The notes below the pieces were generated by a model. The model was not told where the DNA came from and searched no databases. It saw only the letters and a list, made by a program, of their open reading frames with translations. This document shows, piece by piece, positions 9,977-19,232 of a stretch of DNA of 64,000 nucleotides (its first letter is position 1; each line of letters opens with the position of its first letter). A program made the translations under genes and the position numbers. The stretch is from NCBI GenBank assembly GCA_963811105.1, contig CAWEPZ010000011.1, positions 320,001-384,000 on the forward strand, in the 5' to 3' direction. The stretch comes from Candidatus Bathyarchaeota archaeon (GTDB lineage: Archaea; Thermoproteota; Bathyarchaeia; Bathyarchaeales; Bathycorpusculaceae).

Positions 9977-11182
9977 TTAATGTCTTTGGCGGATTTTTCG
10001 GCGTAACGCTACTGGAACACACACTGCAAGGATTACTGCGACAATGAAAGCTATCAAAAACACAAGACCTAAAGAGTTAGCATCTGTGGACGATGTATCA
10101 CTGGATGCTGTCGTTAGATCACCTAAATAACCGAAGGGCGATGCGTAAATTACTTCTGATGTGTCTCCCCAAACTCCGACTTGAATGCCCTCATCGCCTG
10201 CAAAAGTTTGTTTGAAATAGAAGTGGAACTGCCAATATGGATACAACGTTAACGGGTCTCGAGATATTTTGCTGGGAAAGTTGGCGCTAGAATTGCTATA
10301 GGGCAACATGTTAAACCGCACATCATAACGTGCATTCGATAGAGCAGGAGTTTTGACTGTTATGTTCTGGCCAGCTGAATTAGTTACGTCTAGAGTGACC
10401 TTTTGTGCTGCGTCTAAAGCTATCTTTGTTGCCTGCTGAGAAGAAACTGCACTTAACCCAGCAACTTTGTAAAGGCTCCATGTGTCCTGGAATGATACCA
10501 AGTTATTATTGTTGAAGTCCATTTCCACTCTTTTCCAGTTCATAACTATGCCGTCTTCGGTGTAAATCCATTGAAGTCTAGTTCTGTTGCCGTTTTGAGA
10601 GGACTGAAAGTTTGTGTTACATGTCGTTATGTTGGTTGATGATTCGATATTTACGCTGTTTAGAACGTTTTTCATTCTTGTAAGAAATGAGGTGTCAGAA
10701 GTGGCGGATTGTTGCGATATAAACGTTGCATATCTTGTTAACAGGTCATTTGCTTGGTTTGTTAAATCAGTCCCGGACGAACCTAAGTAAATATAGCTGT
10801 CATTGTTTCCAATAGAATTGATATTTACAATTGCCAGTTGTCCATTGTAAAAGATGCTCATGATGTCCAGCGTGCCCTTGCCAGATTTAAAGTAGTAACT
10901 CGGTGATTCCATGTTAACACCTATATCTTCGTTGGGGTTGAAGAGTGCACCTTTTGAAGGTTGAACTGTACCAGTTGACGGTGTATTATTCCTTAATTGA
11001 TAAGAAGGCGTTGTTAGTGAATATTTTGTTAGGTCAAGGCCGGCAACGTTGGATAAAAAATTCGTGGTTTGGTTAAGAGCGCTGGATTGAGTTTCATCTG
11101 TTGAGGAGGTAGCGTTAGCGGTTGTTACAGCAAGAGAAATGATGATTAAAGTGGTTATGAAATATCTTAAGGTATTTTTCAT
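9977..11182 (-). CDS. Secreted, C-terminally membrane-anchored PepSY-like-domain protein
   Basis: Signal peptide; VSSQQATKIALDAA...PLTLYPYWQF...VGVWGDTSEVI; TM + Arg/Lys tail. Confidence 0.75.
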   Translation of the reverse strand: MKNTLRYFITTLIIISLAVTTANATSSTDETQSSALNQTTNFLSNVAGLDLTKYSLTTPSYQLRNNTPSTGTVQPSKGALFNPNEDIGVNMESPSYYFKSGKGTLDIMSIFYNGQLAIVNINSIGNNDSYIYLGSSGTDLTNQANDLLTRYATFISQQSATSDTSFLTRMKNVLNSVNIESSTNITTCNTNFQSSQNGNRTRLQWIYTEDGIVMNWKRVEMDFNNNNLVSFQDTWSLYKVAGLSAVSSQQATKIALDAAQKVTLDVTNSAGQNITVKTPALSNARYDVRFNMLPYSNSSANFPSKISRDPLTLYPYWQFHFYFKQTFAGDEGIQVGVWGDTSEVIYASPFGYLGDLTTASSDTSSTDANSLGLVFLIAFIVAVILAVCVPVALRRKIRQRH

Positions 11183-11203
11183 ATTTTTTCCCTCCTAATT
11201 TCT

Positions 11204-12220
11204 TTAAGCTGGAGAAATGTACGAGTTACCGTATACATGCATGGTTGTGTACCACCAATAGCCACCTTTGTCTACCCAATGTCCAACATATAGCGGAGTT
11301 GAGTCAAAGTTACAGCCAAAACATACTTGTGACGCTTGATCGAGACTGTCATGCACGCTCTGTGGATTATTCCAATCGTAATATCCAAGTCCTTTATAGT
11401 AAAATGAAGATACGAAGAGCCAAGCTGGTGCCCCAGAATTTGGCAGTTCGTCTACCATACGAGGCGATGGTCCTTCAAATCCAATGTAGCAATAGCTACC
11501 CGAACCGCCATAGTAACCGTATAGATCCATATCGGAGCGGCCAGTCCAAGCTAATGGCATTCCAACCTCGCCGTAATCACTGAAGAAACCGTATAAAGTA
11601 TTGAAATTCGCAGGAGTAAAAGTTGGTTCTGGATTAGTAGTAGAATTGATTGTTTGAATTATTCCGCTGACATTATCAAAGTCCCCAGATGTATCCATCC
11701 AGTATCTTCCGCCGTTTGCACAGGTCCAGATGAAATCGAAATTCTCGCGACTTGGTAGGCCACCCTGTTCGGTTGCATCGTTGTACACCCAATCGTCGCG
11801 AATGTCACCGGTTTGGCTGTCAACGTGACCATAAAACCAATAATGGCCAAAGGGTGCTGGAGGACCATACCCACTGTTGTGGAAGTCTCCGACCCACCAG
11901 TTTGTTACGTAATCAAGTCCGTCGTAATTCGTGCATTGCCAACTGAGCATGTTGGATACATTACCCTCGTTTGTGTAGTCCCCATATGCATCCATGGGTA
12001 TAGCGGCATAGGGATATTGCCCACTGTAATAATCAACGATCATGTAGCAGACATCGGATTCCATACTTTGTTCGTCAGTATCGATAGGAGGATCTCGATC
12101 ATCTATGTGCCCGTACTGTATTGCTAAACCATAAGCTCTTACTGAGGGAATGATGAGGGTTGCTGTTGAAAGAAAAAGCACAGCTAAGAGCGAAAAAACG
12201 CAAAGGTTTTCCTTTTTCAT
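11204..12220 (-). CDS. Secreted caspase/gingipain-like (clan CD) domain protein, paralog of the C-terminal domain of 4604..6694
   Basis: Likely start MKKENL at 12220; signal peptide; FDFIWTC, GMPLAW, YCYIGF, SVHDSLDQA, MHVYGN. Confidence 0.7.
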   Translation of the reverse strand: MKKENLCVFSLLAVLFLSTATLIIPSVRAYGLAIQYGHIDDRDPPIDTDEQSMESDVCYMIVDYYSGQYPYAAIPMDAYGDYTNEGNVSNMLSWQCTNYDGLDYVTNWWVGDFHNSGYGPPAPFGHYWFYGHVDSQTGDIRDDWVYNDATEQGGLPSRENFDFIWTCANGGRYWMDTSGDFDNVSGIIQTINSTTNPEPTFTPANFNTLYGFFSDYGEVGMPLAWTGRSDMDLYGYYGGSGSYCYIGFEGPSPRMVDELPNSGAPAWLFVSSFYYKGLGYYDWNNPQSVHDSLDQASQVCFGCNFDSTPLYVGHWVDKGGYWWYTTMHVYGNSYISPA

Positions 12221-12727
12221 TTTTCCACCAAATTTAGTATTTAGGTCTATTCTTATTAAGTTTGTGTTAAATATCGAAATTTCTGGCTCGTTTTCCATTG
12301 TTAATATTTTAATACTAACCTTTAATTGGTAAACAGATAATTTTATTCATTGATTCATTAGGTTTGATTCCTAAATTACTGAATATCACCTCACTAAATT
12401 CCTTATAACTTTGCCGCTCTACACGGAAGACCACGCTCTACTGAGTTATTCATTGGGTTAATCAAAAGAATTTTTTAGAACCGTGGAGTTGTTATTTCTC
12501 AATTGAAAACCTAAAAACTCAACGAAATACTAGCTAATCAAACTATGGAGCTTTTGGTACAATCGAAAATTCGTTTCTTTTGGAGGAAAAAGGTTTACGA
12601 TGCTTTTCCTGAAGCTTCGAATATATCGAATAAAAACGTTTAGCCTTATCATAAAACCAGTCAAGAAACTTTGATTAAACTACACAAATAATCTTGACGA
12701 AAAAACTTTTATTCTAAAACAGCTCCA

Positions 12728-13906
12728 TTGACTTTTATGCGAAGCCATAACAAGAACATAACGGTATTGACTATTATACTTTTTTTGACTTGTTTGGCGG
12801 TGTGGTCTGCCATGCCTGAACCAACTTCGGGGCAAGAGGCAGTTGATAACTCTTGGACTGTGTTGGCGCCGTTGCCCAAAGACCACCTTTCTTTTGCATT
12901 AGGCACAGTGCTGGATGGGCAAATATATCTTATTGGTTATGATATAGCCGAGCGTTATGACCCCGGCTCCAATAAATGGACTGCAATAACGCCTATGCCA
13001 CAAAAAGTCGGAGGAGCTGTTGTCGCTTGCCAAAACAAAATATACGTTATAGGTGGCATAACCCAAGTCTATGACCCAATAACCAATTCATGGGCAAACA
13101 AAACTTCCAGTTCTCCGTATACAACAGGTGCTACAGCTGAGGTCGTCGGAGACAAAATTTATGTCATAAGTGGAGGAACAGCGGGGTACGTCGTTACGAA
13201 CTCTGACATCACCTACGTTTATGACCCAGAGACAGATTCCTGGTCCACGATGGCACCTATTCCAACGCCCGTCCAAAATTATGCGTCTGCAGTTTTAAAC
13301 CATAAAATCTACATCTTCGGAGGCGCCCATGACCAAAAGTCTGTAGACGACCTTAAAGCCTCTAACTTAGTTCAAATTTTTGACCCTGAAACCAACCACT
13401 GGACCGCTGGTCCGCCTCTTCCATTTGGCGTTACCGGTGCGGAAGCCTGTGCAACTTTAGGCATCAATGCAACTGAGCAGATTTACGTTATGGGAGGGTT
13501 TTCGTACACTTATCTGGTGGGAACCAGCCATGGGGATGTCAAACCAAACTTGTATAATCAAGTTTATAACCCTGAAACTCGCACCTGGTCTTTGGAGGCT
13601 TCTCTGCCTGATACCCAATGGAGCTTTTCGTTAGTTAATGCCAATGACATCCTCTATGCTGTAGGAGGCTATGATAAAGGAACCATTACTCTTAATAACG
13701 GGCAGAAAACAGGTGGGCAAACAACTCAAAGATATATTCCATTAGGCTATACCGGCAATGTATATCCAATTTCAACACCAACCAAAGCGGCGGCGCTATA
13801 TTTTTCGCCTTACATTATAGGTGGCATTGCCGTTGTGACCGCCACAGTGCTTGTACTTGCTGCTTTGCTGCTTTTTAGACTATATGAAAGAAGAGTGAGA
13901 AAGTAA
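12728..13906 (+). CDS. Secreted Kelch-repeat beta-propeller protein with C-terminal TM anchor
   Basis: Repeated KIYVIGG...YDPxTxxW units. Confidence 0.88.
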   Translation: MTFMRSHNKNITVLTIILFLTCLAVWSAMPEPTSGQEAVDNSWTVLAPLPKDHLSFALGTVLDGQIYLIGYDIAERYDPGSNKWTAITPMPQKVGGAVVACQNKIYVIGGITQVYDPITNSWANKTSSSPYTTGATAEVVGDKIYVISGGTAGYVVTNSDITYVYDPETDSWSTMAPIPTPVQNYASAVLNHKIYIFGGAHDQKSVDDLKASNLVQIFDPETNHWTAGPPLPFGVTGAEACATLGINATEQIYVMGGFSYTYLVGTSHGDVKPNLYNQVYNPETRTWSLEASLPDTQWSFSLVNANDILYAVGGYDKGTITLNNGQKTGGQTTQRYIPLGYTGNVYPISTPTKAAALYFSPYIIGGIAVVTATVLVLAALLLFRLYERRVRK

Positions 13907-13909
13907 CTC

Positions 13910-14646
13910 CTGCTGGCTAGTCCGGTGCCTTCTTGGCCTTTGCGGCCGATTTTTAGACTGGACTTGTCCTAGCCCAAACAGGGGACTATTGTGTTCTCTC
14001 GGCAGTTGAGAGGCCAAATGATAAGCTCCTTTTGCGGCACCCAAAGATTTTTCAGTAGCCCACGTTGTATGCTCAGGTTTTGGGTTATCTAGAGGCTCTG
14101 CAAGACAGCTGGGGCGAATTCCAGAAAATACGGGTTGACTTCACTCGAGAAGGACCCAGCATAGATCAAGTCGCACTACGGCTTCAGCTAACAGCAAAGG
14201 AAAGCTCCATTCTTGACCAAGCAGATAGACTGCAGTAAAGTTTAGAAGACATCCAAAGCTGCCCGTCCTACTTTACCATGAATTCCTTCTCGTAAGTCCA
14301 AATAGCCCAAACAACATTCACTTTAACTTACGAGCAACAATCTTAATCGCATCCCGACTATTCCCCTTCGTAACACAAGCCTCCCTGAACACCTGCGCAA
14401 GATGGCCTTCAGGACAAAACCTCACATGAGACCAAGCAGACTCAATAAAAATATACTTAAGCCAAGTATCACCCCTAGCTTCCTTTCCAGCAGAAGAATG
14501 CTCACCAGACTGACTAACCATAGGAACCAACCCAGTATAATGCGCAAGCTTCTCGGGATTGCTAAAACGTTTAATGTCACAAATCTTTGCATACAACGTC
14601 AAAGCAGACAAAAAACCGAATCCGGGAATAGACATAAGCAGCAAAA
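13910..14646 (-). mobile_element. IS110-family element remnant (transposase C-terminal half plus 3' non-coding end)
   Basis: SIPGFG...DIKRF...YTGLVP..SQSG...ESAW...VARKL; frameshifted tail VNVVWAIWTYEKEFMVK* ends at 14268; N-terminal DEDD domain missing. Left boundary approximate. Confidence 0.8.
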
Positions 14647-14826
14647 CAGGCTTAACCGGAATTATTATCAGGCTATTTGTGGGGAAAAAACATTGAACCT
14701 TAACAGGTGGAACAGAATCATCAGTGAAGAAGCAACCGCCCAAGACATCTGCAGCAGGACCGAAAGAAGTTAATGGCGAAGAGTAAACCTTGGACAGTTA
14801 AGGATGAAAGGCAGCTTCGAGAGCTC
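14647..14826 (+). repeat. Copy B of dispersed repeat
   Basis: Homologous to 8667-8795, with about 50 extra internal bases. Confidence 0.85.
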
Positions 14827-15064
14827 TTAACAGAAAAAAAAATCTATACGTAGTATTGCAAAGATTATGTGCAAAACCCTTATTGCTGTACGGTTGAAAG
14901 CGTCTCGCTTAGGCTTAGAAGATGATGATGGGAGTGAAAAAAACACGCCATCATCATCTACCTTTGACAAGTTAGTTTTGCCAATTGAGTCCTGCAGACG
15001 AAGCTACTTATTTTGGAAGAAATTGCCTAACTTGGCAGTATTGCTTGAGTACAACGTGAATTAA
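14773..15064 (+). pseudogene. Myb-like/HTH small protein frameshifted at an A9 tract
   Basis: MAKSKPWTVKDERQLRELLTEKK / SIRSIAKIMCKTLIAVRLKASRLGL; removing one A from 14834-14842 restores the frame. Confidence 0.65.
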
Positions 15065-15083
15065 AGGGCGCAGGGAAGGTGTT

Positions 15084-15162
15084 AAAAATGTGTCAAAATG
15101 TGTAAAAAATGTGTAAAAATTGTGTAACATGTGCGCACGTTGTGCGCACGATTTTACACAAT
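15084..15162. repeat. Short direct-repeat cluster plus nested inverted repeat
   Basis: AAAAT(T)GTGT x4, then ATTGTGTAA...GTGCGCAC-GTT-GTGCGCAC...TTACACAAT. Confidence 0.75.
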
Positions 15163-15205
15163 ATTTTGTATATTTGAATCACTTATGCATGATCAACTAT
15201 GAAAA

Positions 15206-15439
15206 ATGTATCGCTTAAACAGTACGCATACTTTAAATGAATTTGCGTATGTAGTAGGATTTCATAAAAGAAGGGAAAGCCAAACGGAAAGAGAAACAAC
15301 AAATTTGAAGTTAAGACGTGACATAAAAAAGCGGGCGAATGGGTCCGTTGAAAACGGACATTTCAACGGTATAACTACCTTAAGTGGGCTAGTAGAAAAA
15401 GCTCTTACAGAAATTTTGGACAAGAACAATGTACCCTAA
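15206..15439 (+). CDS. Ribbon-helix-helix-like small protein (start uncertain)
   Basis: TTNLKLRRDIKKRA...TLSGLVEKALTEIL pattern. Confidence 0.45.
   Translation: MYRLNSTHTLNEFAYVVGFHKRRESQTERETTNLKLRRDIKKRANGSVENGHFNGITTLSGLVEKALTEILDKNNVP
15223..15249. promoter_or_regulatory. Candidate operator overlapping a TATA-like box
   Basis: TACGCA...TTTAAA...TGCGTA inverted repeat upstream of the RHH-like coding segment. Confidence 0.4.
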
Positions 15440-15498
15440 GAATTCGAGACCTAGAGGCAGTTTATTCTCAGGAATTAAGCTTTCTATGGCAACTCATT

Positions 15499-15771
15499 TT
15501 GACCATATCCTGCAGAGGTAAGGTGTTAATGGTTTTTAATGGCTTCCTTAAAGCTCAAGGTTACCTTCAGCTGGAGGATCCGGTCTGGGGTCGCTGCCTA
15601 ATTATTCCTCGAGAAGAATTTACAGGTAAAATGGCGCTGTGTCTTAGAGTTGAAGGCATAAGATACCATTTCACCTGGTTAGATAATTATGGCGCCGTTT
15701 TCGTTGAACTACAGGATCCTTTCTTTTCTGAACCTAAGGTAGAATTGGCGGCCTTGGAGGTTAATTATTAG
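15499..15771 (+). CDS. Hypothetical protein
   Basis: ORF abuts the next gene in an apparent operon with the integrase. Confidence 0.45.
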   Translation: MTISCRGKVLMVFNGFLKAQGYLQLEDPVWGRCLIIPREEFTGKMALCLRVEGIRYHFTWLDNYGAVFVELQDPFFSEPKVELAALEVNY

Positions 15772-16238
15772 TGGTTGAAGGGGAGCGAACAGGTGCCCTA
15801 GCCAGCATTACGTCTCTTAGCATGTTTGGCAATCAACCGGTAAACAATATTACTGGCAAGTCGGTTTCAGTTCTACCTGCCGGCGCCGCCTCGCAAATTC
15901 CCATCTATGTAAAATACAAAGATCACGCATTCTTCAAGAATCTCTCCGACCCTGTTGCAGCTCCTGTTATCCGTGAGACCATCGGCTGGGTGAAAGAAGA
16001 AAATGAGGAGCTTTTCCTAATTGAGTTTGACCGTTCTGTTCCAAGAAGAGGCAAAAACGTAAACGGGATCATTATTTTGAAGAATTGCATCATAGAAGCC
16101 TACCCGTTGCCACTACAAAAAAAATCGGAATACCACTTAAATTTAACGAAAACTACGTCTAGGCTTGAGTTGGCGTTCCGGCCATCGGAGCGAAAAACTC
16201 ATGGAGCTAAATTCTCCAGGAAAAACCAGACATGCTAG
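15771..16238 (+). CDS. Hypothetical beta-rich protein (possibly Sm-like)
   Basis: GGAGG RBS; YVKYKDH...RETIGWV...IIILKNCIIE; overlaps the integrase start. Confidence 0.6.
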   Translation: MVEGERTGALASITSLSMFGNQPVNNITGKSVSVLPAGAASQIPIYVKYKDHAFFKNLSDPVAAPVIRETIGWVKEENEELFLIEFDRSVPRRGKNVNGIIILKNCIIEAYPLPLQKKSEYHLNLTKTTSRLELAFRPSERKTHGAKFSRKNQTC

Positions 16239-17665
16239 AAAGAAAAACTACGTTAAACGCTATAGCCCCGGCTATAATAAGATCCCGTAAATTGAAATTA
16301 GAACAAATAAAGGAACTGAAGCTTCCGCTGATTTTTCGAGACGACCAAGTTATCATCGAAAAAAGCCTAAACGATTATCCACTCAACACCCCATTAAAAC
16401 TAAAGCTTTCTCAAATCTTGGAAACAGGCGAAGTAGGCCTAGTTGACTACATTATCCGTTCTTGCATTAGACAATGCCCAACAATGATCCCATACATCTT
16501 TGAAAACCAAAGCTTACTCAAGATGGTACGACATCTTTTCAGACACGGCTCACCATCACAACAAACCTGCTCATCTTACTCAATTAATGTCAGAAAATAC
16601 GCCAACTGGCAAGGTTATTCGCCAGACGAATTAATCCTAGACATTAAACCCGTTGGAGCAATCTCAGATCCGCAAAGAGTCCTAAACCACTGTGACTTTC
16701 TCGAAAGTTACTTAGCAGATCTCCAAGACTCAGGCCTCAAACCCTCATCCGTAAATAACTGTATCAAAGCAGTCAAAACCTTCTATCGCGAAAACGGCGC
16801 CAAAGTTGAGCTGAAAGATAAACTTAAACGCAAAAAAACCTACAAAGACCGAGCACCTACACCAGACGAATTAGCAAAAGTACTCGACAACGCAGCAACT
16901 CGCGAAGCTTTCATGATCGCAGCCATAGCAACAGGCGGATTCAGAGAAGAAACATTTTCAGTCCTAACATATGGACACGTCAAAGAAGACCTAGAAGCCA
17001 ACAGATTTCCAATACATATTCACGTAGAAGCCGCAATTAGCAAAGGAAAATACCACGACTACGATACGTTCATCAACGTAGAAGCCTGCAAACTTCTGAA
17101 ACAGTATATAGAAGAACGAAAAAAAGGCACACGTAAATTCCCTCCAGAAGAAATAACCGACGAATCACCGCTTATCAGAAACACCAGGTCTGCCAAGAAA
17201 GTAAGAGGAATCAGTGGCAGTGCAGTTGGAGACATAATTCATAAGCTGCTAATTGAAGCAAATGTAGCAAAGAAACTCCACAAAAGTTGGATGTACGACG
17301 TTAGAACTCACAGCTTTCGAAAATATTTCAAAACTCAATTAAGCATCTGCAAAATCAACGACGATATCATCGAATACATGATGGGTCACTCACCCGACAC
17401 TTACGAAGACGTTCAAAGTTTAGGAATAGAAAAACTCAGAAAACTCTACGTTGCAGCAGACCTTTCAATCAGAGCAAAAACAGTTCCTAACAGAATTGAG
17501 CAACTTAAAGAAATCATACGCGGCTGGGGCGAGAATCCCGAAGAAATTCTATGTAAAGACGTACTTCTCCGAGGAAACAGCACTGACGAATCACCTAGTC
17601 AAATCGAAACGCATCAAATGTCACTTTTAGCTGAATCACTCAAGGATCTTGTTAAGCGGGAGGTC

Positions 17666-17674
<9 letters not shown>
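16232..17674 (+). CDS. Tyrosine recombinase/integrase
   Basis: Catalytic set: GGFR, SKGK, HSFRKYF, MMGH, TY; N-terminal core-binding-like region. Confidence 0.9.
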
Positions 17675-18305
<631 letters not shown>

Positions 18306-19232
18306 TAACGTCGTTAGTTTAAGTGATTTATGAACTCAGAGTATGAATTGATAACCTTTGAGAGTCAATTATTAAACCTCATCCCATCATATCTTGTCGG
18401 CTCTCAAAATAATAGATTATTTGCCTCTGTTTTTGCTCTCGTTAAAGATTGATCGGCTGTTTAGCCTTAGAAACTAAGTAAGTTTGCAACAGAAAAACAA
18501 AGAATCACTAAGAATTCATGCGAAAGGTTGATTCTCGGGCTGTCCTTTTAGCGTTATTATGAAATATTTGTCAAGATTAACGATTAGCCAAAAGTAAGAT
18601 AGCAAAACGTGCACCTTGGTTTTAGAGATAGTGCCCTGTTAAAGAAAGAAAACGGCTCATAATTACAGGCTTCCTCAAATCGTAAGAGGAAAAAAACGCA
18701 AAACGCAAAAATGCCGTTTTATCTGAGGCAAAATTCGTCGAGATGCAGAAATTCCAAATGTAAAATTTTCTCCGACAACCTATTTATGCAAAATTCGAGT
18801 CTTCATGACTAAATACTATCTAAGGGATTTCTTGCTGTATTTTGGCGGGATAATTTCGTCATGCCAAAACGTTATGCCGGTCAAATTTCCCTCGCTTCCC
18901 TCTCAAAAATGGAGAGCTGAATATAATGCAGCGGACGATTTCACACTCAGATGAGTATAAGTTCCATGGAAATTAAGATTGCTGGATTTCAGATAATGAT
19001 ATGTTTAGGCCTTCCACTCTTTTAAGAATTAAGTCTCAAAATAGTATGAATGAAAAAGAAATGTTTTGTTAGATTTTTCCAATGCTGTTTTATTTTTCCT
19101 TTATTGCTTACGTCAAGTAGCCTGAAACAGCGAACTATTAATTCTATATTATAGATGGAACTCCCACACCAAGCTCTTCTTGAAGTAAGATTCCACAGTA
19201 AGACTATTTACAAAAAAAATAAAAGGGGAAGA

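Noticed and set aside
14318-14743. 141-aa ORF as an intact gene
   Set aside because: The first ~32 residues are antisense of repeat copy B fused to an IS110 fragment; the DEDD domain is missing.
15084-15162. Possible CRISPR array
   Set aside because: Units are only about 10 bp with no spacers, and no cas genes are present.
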